Source of the DNA: Hemiscyllium ocellatum
Lineage: Eukaryota
Direction: 5' to 3'
Assembly: GCF_020745735.1 (NCBI RefSeq)
Contig: NC_083402.1
Span: 72,616,004 to 72,680,003 of the forward strand
Length of the DNA stretch: 64,000 nucleotides
Shown: one piece after another, positions 51,471 to 64,000 of the stretch
Numbering within the stretch: position 1 is the first letter of the stretch
Layout: each line of letters begins with the position of its first letter
Made by a program: the position numbers and the translations under genes
Notes under the pieces: model-generated
The model's input: only the letters and a program-made list of their open reading frames with translations
Databases searched by the model: none
Told to the model about the DNA's origin: nothing

Positions 51471-54056
51471 GCAACCAGTATCCAATTTACAAACCTTTAC
51501 ACAAAACCTGACAACCATTACTTTTAAAGAAACCAATCAAGAATTGGGCAGTTATTGTTTAGCCAGTCTAGAATTGACTGCAATGTCTTCATGCACTAAT
51601 AAGCCAATTAGTATGAAGGAGATCTTCTGTTGTAAACAAGGGTCAGTGGTTAATGAGGACGAATAGGTTGGGGATATTTTTCTTTTGTGGTTCAATACCC
51701 AAGAAAGGAAAGTTGAAGACAGGAGGAGAATCTCAGTCAACACAACAGGCAGTTTGTGTCATAAAGTGGTTTTCTCAAGTGGTTAGATGAAAAACAAAAC
51801 ACTTTTCATCAAGTATTTTCTTAGTACTTGTTACATTAAATTAACACATTCTGTAAAATGTGTAAAAAGATGTTTATATCTGTAACGAGTCTTGTAACTG
51901 ATCAGGACTAGCAAACCTTTAGGTTGGCTCTCTCAACTCAGTCTATACTTATTAATGACTTTGGTTTTATATTTACAGTTAAATTACATCTTACACACCG
52001 AGCTTGATGTTATCATATTTTTCCTACCTGTGTGAATAAGGATGTTAATAGGATGAAAGTTTGGCTCAGGGCAATAATGTTCAAGGCAGGCATTGCATTG
52101 ATTTCTCATGCAGTTTATAAAATCTAATGAACTTAACTTGCTGTCCTGTCCTTCGTTGCTATTCAACACTTAATTTTACTCACTCTAGAGTCAGCTTGAA
52201 CCATTATGTTGTGAAGACCAGATTCTGTTTTTTCATTTTGGGGACTGTGGAGCAAAGTAGCAAAAGCTTTGCTTTAAATCAAGAACTTATTGCATTTTTT
52301 AAGAACAAGTCACTGGAACTTATTGTGAGTTGGGTTTGCACTGTTGCTTTGTTTGAGCAATGGGGGAAGCTGTGCAAGATGCCAAATCACTGTGGGTGTG
52401 TGTGCAGAACAAGTTTCACAGAGTCAGATTGCTGATTGGTTAATACAAGCATACCACTTGTGGAGCCTAGGGGTCATCAGCATGACATCACTTTCTGATT
52501 GGATGCTATGCAGGTGGATAGAGTGTGTCTGAACAACACAAACACAAAAGCTTCTAGACTGTGAAAGACCTCTCTTACCCTCTGGAGCCAATTACTCTCT
52601 CCCATTGTTTGTTACAAGCTGTTACTTCTAACCAGTGATTGAAAAACTGAGCAATTAATGTGTCAACTGACCTCTGTCTACAGAGAAAATGGGAAGAGAC
52701 TGGAAATAAAGAGATTGGAGATCAGAAGGACTTGGAAAGAGCAAAAGGGACATTCCATTGAATCCAAAGGTCTGGTGCTATTGAACTGTGTTTCCTTAGT
52801 ATTTTTTTCTCTTCCACCCATCACATTCATGTTTGTTAGTCTGTCTTTTTCTATATATGGGCATGGAGATGGCTAAGAAAAGGGTTAAATTTTCAGCTTT
52901 TAAACTTGTATGTTGGTAATTCAGAATTTTGACTGCAGTTGGAAATTTTTAAATAATAAATAGTATTTCTTGTTAGTGCTGAAATCTGGCCACATTTTTC
53001 TGTTTGCCCAATTTCATCAAAAAGACAAAGTGTGAAGTTGGAGTGAATTGATTGCATCTTTAAATCTTGTGATCACCCTGGTAGGAGTGGGACTCAGCTA
53101 TCAGCCCATGTTCCCAATGAATCATGATAAAAGATTAGGAGCTTTTGCAGGGTTATGTTGTAACAGAGACAGCAAAGATTTGGGTGTAGAATTAAGTAAG
53201 TGATAAAAAATTAATGGAAACATCAGGTTATGTACTGTGAATCCGAAATGGAAGTGGAAAGTGCTAGATACTATCTGCAGGTGGCAGAGTTGTCCCTGAT
53301 GAACTTGAACTTGAAAGAAATTACAAAAGCCAGATAATTGAATTGGCAAATAAGTTGGAATTTCCTGCTAAAGTTTAAAAAAGGCAGGCTTACCATATAT
53401 ACTTGTGTGTAGGTCGAGTTTTGAAGACCTTTTTTAAGCTGAAATTATGGGGTCAACTTATACATGAGGTCTTGTTTTCAAGATTATGAAACTTATGCTT
53501 GGCATGACTCAAAAAATGGACAAACAAGAGCCAGATCTCTACAAAATAATAAACGACAAAAGGAAAAAGGATTATGACCACTATTGAATATTTATTTCCA
53601 AAATAACAGTCTCCATTCTGCCTGCTATGATAGAATAGTACTGTCATATCATATTCCAGTTACGAGTACCATAAAGTGCTTGTAGGTCAACACATATGTA
53701 CAAAAGTTAATAAGCGTTCCAGTAGGAGGTCAGGCCATCTACCGAGGGTCATTTGTACAGTGCACAATTCATGAAATAAAAACAGAGGAACAGTAAAAAC
53801 GAAAAAAAGGACTGACAGTATTTTATTATAAAAGGACCGGATGAAACTGTTCATAATGTACGATAAACACTTTACATCAAAAAAACTGATATTCACAGCA
53901 AAAAACTCTTCTCACCACATATCACAATTATTATGGAATAGCTGCTTAAAACAAAAGTTACCGGTATATGTAAATGTCCATTAGAATTCTTCAAATTCAG
54001 TACAACTCACTGAATTATTCATTCCAGTCATCTGGGTCATGCATATCATCATATGA

Positions 54057-54268
54057 GGAGAAAGTGAGGACTGCAGATGCTGGAGATCAGAGCTGAAAAT
54101 GTGTTGCTGGAAAAGCGCAGCAGGTCAGGCAGCATCCAAAGAGCAGGAGAATCGATGTTTCGGGCATGAGCCCTCCTTTAGGAAGGGCTTATGCCCGAAA
54201 CGTCAATTCTCCTGCTCTTTGGATGCTGCCTGACCTGCTGCACTTTTCCAGCAACACATTTTCAGCAG
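54057..54268. mobile_element. Palindromic Penelope-derived mini-element, 14-bp TSD
   Basis: TSD ATATCATCATATGA at 54043-54056 and 54269-54282; same start GGAGAAAGTGAGGACTGCAGATGCTGGAGA and same fold-back layout as 3381-3602. Confidence 0.9.
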
Positions 54269-54672
54269 ATATCATCATATGAATCATCATCATCTGCCAT
54301 ACAACCAAGTACCACAGTGAATCGACTCCTTTCATGGCCAGTCGTCTTAACCAAAACCATTTTTGCTCCAATCCTGTCCACAGTTCTGCTCCCTGACAAA
54401 TCAAAGTTCATAGGGGTTTCATCCATATTGCCGATGTATGACAGCCTGTACCCACGTTTCTTCTGACCTCTGATTACAAAGTGATGGAACCCAATTAACC
54501 TGTCATTAATTTCTGCTGATAGACGTTGGGCAATCTAGGTTTTCTGTCTCAGCACCATCCAGCACTGGCTGTGAAATCACTGGATCCAACTATTTTTGCT
54601 TTGTTTTTGGCGCGTATACTTAAACATTATCGAGTCACTATGCTTCTGTTCTGATGACACTGAATTACCTGT

Positions 54673-54974
54673 GGGGGGGGGCATAGTGGCTCAGTGGTTA
54701 GCACTGCTGCCTCACAGCACCAGGGACCTGGGTTAGATTCCAGCCTCAGGCAACTGTCTGTGTGGAGTTTTCACATTCTCCCCAAGTCTGCGTTGGATTC
54801 CTCCCACAATCTAAAGATGTGCATGCCAGGTGAATTGGCCATGCTAGATTGCCCATAGTGTTAGGTGCATTTGTCAGGGGTAAATATGGGGTAGGGAAAT
54901 GGGTTTTGGGATATTACTCTTCGGAGGGGTCAGTTGGGCCGAATGGTCTGTTTCCACACTGTAGGGAATCTAAT
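54673..54974 (+). mobile_element. HE1-like V-SINE nested in the pogo transposase
   Basis: GTGGCTCAGTGGTTAGCACTGCTGCCTCAC head; TGTTTCCACACTGTAG tail. Confidence 0.9.
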
Positions 54975-56199
54975 GTTAAAAAGTAATCTTTTCTTCTCAT
55001 TGTGGTCACTTGTTCAGCTTTCCTTGGGTTGACATATTTCTGCTTTGTGATAGACTTTATCTGTGTGGCTTTTCTCCTCTAATCTTGAGAAGGTTTTTCA
55101 GAAACACAGAACTTCCTTGCAGCTATACTATTGTTGTTCTTCTCTGAAACTTCAAAAACTTTTAGTTTAAACTGTGCTGTGTACTTGTTTCTTTGTGATG
55201 CCATTTTGTCAGAAAGTTTTGGGGGAGTTTTACAATAAGTTCAGAGCACAACTGTACGCGACACCTACTTCTAAGAAACTGAGGCAACAGCAGGAGGCCA
55301 AGGTCAAGGGCTGCCATAACGTACTGTAGATATTTGTATGCACAGGTCAAATATATGCATGCAAATATTGCATAAATAAATATACACTATATATACAGTA
55401 TACTATATATATCACTATCAACATTCAATTTAACAATTTGAAAATCACGTTGCGCAAATATATACTGGTGCACATAATATGTAATGACGTAGGCTGCATA
55501 TATGGTCAAGAAGAGACCTCTGAAAAGCTAGGATCGATGTATACATGAGGTACATGAAAAATACCAGATTCTTTGGTCAAATATAAGGGAGTCTACTTGT
55601 ACATGAGATCAACCTATACATGAGTACATACAGTAATCAAAGGGGAACTCAGCATTTATGTTTAATAGAAATATAGGTAAAATCAGGTACTTTAGCTATG
55701 TGAAGCATCAGAATCAATAAAAGTTGAGTTGCCTTAAAGCAGCTTGAACACAAGGTAAGAATGAAAGAATGGTAAGGAAAGTGGGAAATTTAAGAGACAG
55801 AAAATGGAAATATGGAAATGAAGCTAGAATTGGAATTGCAAACAGAAAGGGAAGAAACAGAGAACAATCATGAAATAAGCTTTAAATGCTGCAATTTTTT
55901 GAAAAAAAGAATAATCATATATTGATGTAGGCTCTGATGGAGACAATCCTAGTCATAATCTATATCATAGTAAGGAAATGTTTACATTTGTAGAAGCCCT
56001 CCCAACATTTTGGCAAGAGGATGAGACGATGTTCTTTATAGCAACTCAAATGAATTTGGCTAAAAGAACATTTGGACACCATGCAGGTGTCAGAGTGGTG
56101 AAACAGAAAATATCAGGATATTTAAAGCTGCACATGAGCCAAAAACAGTGACACAATGGCCAGTTGAAAATACACGGATTGTCAGATTTGCAAGTGAGT

Positions 56200-59100
56200 C
56201 AGCTACTGGATGAAAAACCAAAGTACAAAAGCAATAGTCTGCAACTTTGAATTATTGAGTGGGCCAAAAAGGCTGCACATTTTCCATTTACTGCTACGGT
56301 GGAGATGAAAGAAGACAGGAGATAAAATTGGAATGTTTCCCTACTTGGTGCCAAAAGTATAAAATAGGAATAGAATTAAATAAAAAGACTACACAAATTA
56401 AAATCACAATCTTATTATCACTGCTGGGAAAAGAATTTTACAAACTATTTTGCATCCTAAATAGCACTGAGGAACAGAACAGCCAGACTTGAGATTTTGA
56501 AAACTTTGATATTTAATACATATTTTTCATACATGAAATTAATACAGCTTTCAATATATGTACTCAAAGTTCTCTTCGAGGAGAGAGAAAAAGCAAAACT
56601 ATTTTGATCAGAATGTGACTGCATTGATATATTCAGCAGAATCTAATGAGTTTGAACAACTGATCTCAGCAAACATAGGACTGCTATATGTATAAACAAT
56701 CCTGCCATGGGAGCAAGTCAGCTAAGAGAAGAGAAACTTACTCTAAAGAAAGATATCAACATGTGCTAAAGCTCTGACACTGTCCATCATCAAGTGGAGC
56801 ATAATGATGGAAGAACAGAAGAGGTTTTGCGCTATGTTGGGAGATGGTCATGGACAAATGAAAACAACAGCTCTGAATTAAGGGAGAAATATTTATAGAA
56901 GAAAGGCAATAGAATGATCAACACCAGAGAAGAGGATGAAAATATTGCAGAGAACATCTCAAAAAAGGAAGTTGATTCAGCCTGGAGACACTTGTGCTCA
57001 AACTGCAATGAGCTGAATCAATTGTATGTAAGTGTTTAGTTTTTAAGAAAAGCAAAACAATCCACTGAAGATGGCAAACAGGGAGATGACAGTTGATGAT
57101 TGTAACAGATCGGTCTACTCTCTATGACAGTTTGGTATTGTTAATTCTAAAGGTGATAAATGATTTGTTGTGAATGTTTAGAATGGTGACTGCAGAAGCA
57201 GAGCATCAAGTGAATGGAAAACATCAAAATGACGCAATGCTTCATGCAGCATCATGTGCTTAACAGATCTTTGTGGTCTGGCTCAAGATGATGATCTGAA
57301 AATGAGCCTTCAAAAGTAAGGTTAAGGCTGGATAATGGAATGGTACTAAGAGAACAAATGAAATTGTGAAGTCAAAGCAATGAGAAGAAAGAAGATCTGG
57401 AACTCCAGATAATAGGTATTAAGCTAGTTCCATTCCGCTCAACTGGAATTCATCAAAAGCTTAGACTTTCTAGTCTACTAAATATTCCAGGAAAAATTTG
57501 CATTTCACCAATCACAGTGACTGCCAATTAGATCCTAGAAGATTATAAAGATGTTTTTAACAAGTCTTAGATGTCTTCGTGGTGAATTTTATTTAAAAGA
57601 GATGGAAGTGGGAGACTAACTCAGCAACTGCAGAGGAAAAATCCAGCTGTCCTTGAGTCTATTCTGAATCAAGATAGAGCTGGAAAGAAGCGAGTCATCA
57701 GCAAAGTGACAACTTCTATACACCTAGCAGCTTTGTTGCTTGGGTGGCAATCAGTGTTGGCAAAGCAATCATGGCACTGAGCCCCAGTTCTGGACCTGGC
57801 TGCCTGCATGGACCTTGGATGCCCATACAGCCAGTAAGATAATTAAAAGGAATTCACTGAGGACAATAGTTTCATTTGTATGAGGGGCATTAAAATGAAC
57901 TTAATGATGCTATGCTAATGTAGAGAAAGAATGATAGGCAATTGTCTTTATTTGTGAGCAGTTTAATCAATATCTGTTTGGGTACGATAAGAGGGCAGTG
58001 GTTCCCCAAGCACAAACCACTTCAAAGCATCTTCCTCAACGTGCCTCTATTCACTACAAAGCACCCCCAAAGAATTTTGTTTTGTTTGTAGGGATATCAT
58101 TAAGCTGTGACATACAAGAAGGGGGAAGTGAATGTGCATGAACAAAATGCTATCACAAGCAGCTTTGAAGAAATTAAAACAAAATGAAATCTTCCAGATT
58201 CACAAGAAGTAATAGCTCAATGTGTTCTGGAAGCTATCAAGCCAGCAGAGATATTGAAATAAAAAGACAAACATCTTGCTCAAATTATGTCAGTTTGAGC
58301 AACAACATGCAACTCTCTGGAGACTGTAGGAATTAATGATGAAAGGATAGGCTGAATTCATCAGTAATACACCTTGCTGGAAGAGAGCATTTGGAATACA
58401 GGGATGAAACGATAGCACAAGATAACATTTCATACAAGAATGTATTGACATTAGGGTCAATTTAGACAGAAATTGATGAAGTGTCTGCCTTGGTGAATTT
58501 GATAGAGGACTTTTCTCCATGATCCCAAGCTAGTTTTCTCAGGCAATCTTTCCAAACTAACCTCATTATCCATACACCATTCTACACTCCAGATGTAGGA
58601 TCCCCAGGAATTCCTAGCACATTGCCACCTTTAAAGTCAAGCTGTGCACCCAGTCCTCAGTTGTCCTACACACAATTCCTATCAATTGACCCTGATATTT
58701 CAAGCAGAGTGAAATTGATACCCTGCTTTACTGACAGGGAAATGGAGATCCTGCTGGACAGCAGGTGTGCATGTAGTTGCTGCCCATGGAACGTGCCCTG
58801 AGATGTTAGTGCCTGGTATCCAAGACCAAGGGTTGGAGGAACATGCAGCAAACTGGAAACGCCAGGTTACAATCCTGCCTTTCACGTTGTAAATTGCCAC
58901 TCTCTGGTTTCTATCCATGGGGGGGGAGAATGGGAAATTGCATATCAAAGGAGGCAAGATGAAATTATAACAAGGATGTAGATGCAGCAAATAGGCCTCT
59001 CAACATTCAAACTGAGAATCGTGTCTTGCTGTTCAATAAGTGTTTGGAAAGTGGGACGTCTTGCTCTCTGTTGGGAATCTCCTCAATGCTGATTTCAAAT

Positions 59101-60100
59101 AATTCTACTAACTTTCTCACCAATGCCCACATCGTATAGATGCTGGGAAGATTGCATCCAATATCCCCAATGAAACGAGAAAAGAGCTGCTGAAATCCAT
59201 CTCTGAAACTGAAGGAGTTGATCTGAGCTTGAGGAAGACAAGAAAACAATTTTAACGATTAAGCATGAGCAATGAGATTAAAGACACCATCAGCTCAGTG
59301 CAATGCTTGCAACAAAATATGAAGTTAACTAAGCAAGGTAAAGAACTGCTTATGATGTGGAACATCCCAGATGCACAAATGAAGACACTTGGATTTGATG
59401 TCTTCATTCTTGGAGGTGCTAATTGTCACTGTCAACTGTTATTTCAACTACTGGGAATTAGATCAATAAAAGTTAATGATTAACAGAGAGATTGTAAAGT
59501 ACCTGAAACCATGTCTCAGTTACTGTGACATTTCAAACATTATGACACTTGTCAATTATTCTTAATTCATGAGTGAGGGATTCAGTTATTTCATGAAAGA
59601 TTGAGAAATCTAACATATTACATCATCTCCACACTATTCACCATCAAATAAAAAGGCTGAGCCAGCAGTGAAATTTGCTAAAGGGATCGCAAAGGGATAG
59701 AACAAATTTAGTACTAACCTTTACAAGGCACTACTAGAGTGGAGAAACACGCTTACTGATGACATGGGAAAGCAGTCCAGTCCAAAGATGAATATCATGC
59801 TGAACCCAAACTACCCTTGCAAAAACTGAAACTGGAATTACTAATCAGCAAGTATGACAGCATCAAGATGGAATTCCAGAAAATCTAATTTCACTGTGAT
59901 AGTTTTATCAAGTAATTGATAGATCTGAGTATTGGAGCTGCGGTCAGATTGCAATTGTTCAATATGCTCAACAAAAAGCAACCCACTTGCCAACTTGATA
60001 CCCTGAAGCAGTTGTCACCTCAATCATGAACATGAGCAACTAAGTAATGTCACTGTAATCATAACCATCTTTGTAAAACTAGAGAAGCTGTGCCTTCACT
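56200..60100 (+). mobile_element. Old Gypsy internal region (gag-pol, integrase last)
   Basis: Degenerate gag and RNase H (HKPLQSIF); integrase HITSSPHYSPSNKKAEPAVK and ALLEWRNT..SPVQR near 59610-59790. Confidence 0.7.
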
Positions 60101-62989
60101 TAGTGTACTAGCAGACTTGCTGTAGTCATGTGATCTCTGCTCTAAGTGCAGTCTTATGGCAACCAGTAAACATCATGTTCAACATTGTTGATGGATCCTG
60201 GGTGAATTGCATCTTGTAAAGCCATAAGGCTGTAATGGGACAGGTTTGAGGTGTACTGTCATCTCTGATGGAGATTTTCCAAAAGATAACGTAACCAGAG
60301 AGTCAGCTGGCTTTTCCACAGAAGGCAGTCAGCCTCATAGCCCAATTGATGCTATCAATAGGGGCCATTTGAAGGGTTCAACACAATAAGGGTTCACCAG
60401 CTCAGACTGTGCAGCATTCCAGTGGCAGATGGGAGGCTGTTGGAAGTAAAGTTTCCAAACCCTAATGACAGGGTTCTGCTGCATATCCAAGGGGAGTGCA
60501 AAAGCATAAATTGCAGTGCTATTTTTGAGGCTATTTCATTCTCATGAACTCAAAAGAAAAACTGACCTGGAACATAATATCTCTTTTCTACTCAAATTAG
60601 CCTAGTCATCTGTGAATCATGACGTTCCAGAGGAGTTCAACCCAAGAAACCTGAATATCATTCAAGAAATATTTAGAAGTGCCAAAGCATACAAGGTTAT
60701 GGATCAAGTGCTGGCGAATGAGACTGTGATGCTTGCTTTGGCTACAAGGGCCTTATTCTGTGTTGGACACCTCTATGACTCTAAAAATTCCAGTACAGGC
60801 CATTCTGCTATAATGTACATTTCATTAGTACGGGTTTGCTATAGTATGTTTGATGAACTGGGGACAATGTTTCTAAATTGCGAACTTTTAAAAACTGTAA
60901 CACTTTTACATTGCCAACACTTTAACCACTGTTTCTAAAGCACAATTCTTCTATAACATGGGTTGCACAAGAACATTGTGTTATAAAAGAACTGACTACC
61001 AACATTCAAAGACGACAACATAACATGAATATATTTTTCTTGAGAGATATTTAATCTTTTTTTTCAGATTACATGAAAGTAGGATATTGCGGTGACTTCA
61101 ATGATCCCAGCACTAAAGTGTGGCTGACAGAAATTGAGTTTCACTGGATTTTCTATAATCTGCACACTTAAGATGGTCTGATTTGTATGGGAAACTCTAA
61201 TGTTGTAAACACACCAAAGGGGAAGCATTTTTTTTGGGAGATTTTGAAACCTCCAACTTGGCAGAAGAGAATCTGTAGAGCTTATGCACAGCACTTTTAC
61301 CCATTCTTACTGACAGTGTGCCCATCTATAATCTTTTTTCTATTCATTCACGGATGAAAACATTGCGAGCAAGACTAGAATTGACCGTCCCCAGTTGTCC
61401 ATGACAAGGAGCTGGGACGCAGTCTCCTTTTATTGACTAGAATTGAAAAGCTTCTTGACTGTGTAACGGTACAGTCTGGTTAACAGTAGTACCAGTAAAA
61501 ACTGGTTCCCTTTGACTTTCTTACAATGCCATTTGCTTGCAATACAAGCAGAAATAAGTTGCAATAATAAGATGGTACTTGCTGCGAACATTGAAAGTGC
61601 GAACTGCTTGCATCTCCCTCTGCGCGAAAACCCAATACAAGGCACTGAAGCTGGCAGCTGCCAAGTAAGTGAGAAGTAGTGTGTGCTAAGAAATCAAGCG
61701 GAGAGAGAAAGGACACATCTTGTCCAAATACATCAGAGACATCTGTGTCTCTGCATGCAAAGCAACCCGGCAGAAGCATGTAAATCACAACTGTCCTGGA
61801 GATCAACAATGAAGGGCTAAAGTGATATAAGATTTGGGTTGAGAGGAACCATGATAATATGGTGCAGCAGTTGGTTTGCTTATGCCACTTATGAGGATGA
61901 AGGGTCGAGGAGGATTGTAGTTACTGAGCGTGCAGGCACTTTGTGCATCACACACAGTTGGATGATGGTCAGGCCAAACATTCAGTGAGCTGCTGCTGTC
62001 AGGGAGCCTGTCTGACTTTCAGGTCAGGGACATGCACCATCTAGCTTTATGGAGAAGGAGAGCAGAATGGGAAATGATACATAAATCAGATTGGTTGGGC
62101 TATTAATAAGTTGCAAATGCATGGATCACTCAAAAGAGAGATACTGATGTTACCATTTAAAGGTCAAGCAGAGGGTGTCGCTGGCCAGGCCAGCATTTAT
62201 TGCCCATCCCCAAGTACACAGAGGGCAGTTAAGAGTCAACCATATTGCTGCGGATCTGGAATCACATGTAAACCAGACTAGGCAAGGATGACAGATTTCT
62301 TCCCTAAAAGACTTAGTGAATCCGATGGGTTTTTCAAATAATAGACAATGGATTCATGGTCATTATTAGACTCTTACTTCCAGATTGTAGGCTGCAATAT
62401 CATAAAAATGCTGACTCTACTGGGGCTGTAGGCAATCCCAAATAAAAGATGCCAATGAAGCCTGAAAGTAAATTTAAGCCCAAGGCTTTACTAGGATCAA
62501 GCTGGCAGGTTCAGGGAAGGGACCATTAGATGGGGTACTGGGAGAAGGTAGAGATTCCTTCAGTGGGGCCTCCAATGGGCAGATAGTGCAACTGACTTCT
62601 ATTGCAAAGTGACTTGAAATAAAATTTCACTGAGTGTTGTACAATGTAGGTAATGTTTAATTTAAATTGATACAAAAACTGAATTATAATATCCACAATG
62701 ATTAAATGTAAACACAGATTTTTAATGCAACCACATAATCTACATAAACAGACTTCCAATGCAGGATGCTTTCCCCTTGAGGGGAATTGGAACTCAGCCA
62801 CAAGAGAATGATAAACATATAATTACATTACCTCTATGTTTTAACCTTCCAACTTCAGAAAGTAGGCATTTTAGAACAAGTGTTACATTAGGAATTCAGA
62901 AACTCACAAATGTTAGCATTTTCCATATTATAGGGGGCTCAAAAGCATCAAAGGTTGGATATTACGCATCTGACCACATTATGGTGAGT

Positions 62990-63510
62990 ACAATTTTAAT
63001 CTCCTTATTTGAGGAAGGCCATCATGACATTGGAGAATTCAGAGAATATTCACTAGATTAAGTCCAGAAATGAAAGGCTCACCTTCTGAGGAAAGATTGA
63101 GTGGCTTAGGCCTATCCTCTCTGTAGTTTAGAAATATAAGAAGAGATTTAATTGAGGTACATAAAATGCTGGAGGCTGTTGATAAAGCAGACACAGAGCT
63201 GATTTTTCTCCTTGTGGGCAATCTAGAATAAGATGTCATAGTGTTAGACTAAAGGGTAGCAAATTTAAAACAAATGAGGAGGAATTACTTCTCTCAAAAG
63301 ATCTTGAATCTGTGGTATTCACTATCCAAGGTGGACCCTGCGGCACTAAATAAATTTAAGGTGAAGTTAGATAGATGTGTAATCAGCAGTCGGTTAAAGG
63401 GGAGTCAGCATGAAAGTGGAGTTGAGGCCGAGACAAGATCAGCCATGATTGTATTAAATAACGGAACAGGTTCAAGGGGCTGAATTGTCTACTCCTGCTT
63501 CTAGTTCTTA
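62990..63510 (+). mobile_element. CR1 3' fragment
   Basis: EERLSGLGL, DLIEVHKML, RRNYFSQKILNLWYSL; tail GGGCTGAATTGTCTACTCCTGCT. Confidence 0.8.
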
Positions 63511-63659
63511 TGTAATGTGTAAGCTTAAAAAGCAAAAGGATATAGAAATTGCAGGGCAGTCACTGAGGTAATGATACCCGGATTAGGTCAGAAAGGAACA
63601 GAGTGTGCAAATGTGAAAAATAGCAACCAATAGATCAAAGGAAGAAAAATAGTAAAAAC

Positions 63660-63955
63660 ACAAGCTTAATGGCTCTTTGTATAAACGTACATGGTATTTG
63701 TAACAAAATGAACTAATTAACAATGCAATTAAAGGTTCACGGGATGATCTTAGAGACATTACGGAGACATAGTTACATCAAAGCTGGGAACTAAATATTC
63801 AGCGATTTATGACTTTTTGGTGGGGTCTTTTTCTTTGTGTGATATGGAATAACTACATAACAAGAAATGATTTTGGGTCAGAAGATGTAGAATCCATCTG
63901 GGTAGAGGTAAGAAATATAAGGGGAAAAACAGACAAGTAGAAGTAACCTATAACC
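63660..63955 (+). mobile_element. CR1 APE endonuclease N-terminal fragment
   Basis: N..GICNKMNEL, ITET, WELNIQ, DVESIWVEVRN. Confidence 0.7.
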
Positions 63956-64000
63956 CACCATCATCCCAGCCAACCAACCAACCTTAACAGTAGCTTTGCA

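Larger units (their letters stand above)
53391..55635 (-). mobile_element. pogo/Tigger-type DNA transposon, internally deleted
   Basis: Degenerate TIRs (TA)CCATATATACTTGTGTGTAGGTCGA and TCAACCTATACATGAGTACATACAG(TA) with TA TSD; transposase from ATG 55204: MASQRNKYTAQFKLKV..AARKF (Brinker-type DBD), IGNMDETPMNFD. Confidence 0.85.
52008..56085 (+). mobile_element. Second Gmr1-like Gypsy remnant: LTR (~52008-53132), degenerate PBS, gag interrupted by pogo
   Basis: TGTTATCAT...ATGATAAAA termini; TAGGAGCTTTTG resembles the PBS at 13444; gag FTFVEALPTF near 55980 parallels VKSLPRFDEKDVEAFF at 14160. Confidence 0.6.

Noticed and set aside
50369-51960. Possible LTR starting TGTCATGTGAGAATG, downstream of the integrase fragment
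   Set aside because: No convincing PPT, 3' terminus or TSD could be located, so it was left unannotated

Overview
Repeat-dense, apparently non-genic (intergenic or deep intronic) eukaryotic DNA. The repeat content points to a cartilaginous fish, most likely a shark: HE1-like tRNA V-SINEs, CR1/HER1-like LINEs and Deu-domain SINEs (taxon is an inference). No intact host gene is recognisable. Every ORF I could identify belongs to a decayed mobile element. The window holds many CR1 copies (one near full length at 44477-48855), an L1/Tx1-clade LINE, at least three Penelope-like (RT + GIY-YIG) elements, a two-LTR Gmr1-like Gypsy element, a clean solo LTR, further Gypsy remnants, a pogo transposon and a Harbinger transposase relic. 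The most notable signal is a set of short Penelope-derived insertions. They carry minimal hammerhead-ribozyme motifs from several sub-families with covarying stems. Several are fold-back palindromes flanked by 13-15 bp target-site duplications (TSDs), and the 5' end or fold-back apex repeatedly falls at or just upstream of the ribozyme core. Boundaries of old repeats are approximate; TSD, LTR and ribozyme coordinates were read directly from the sequence.
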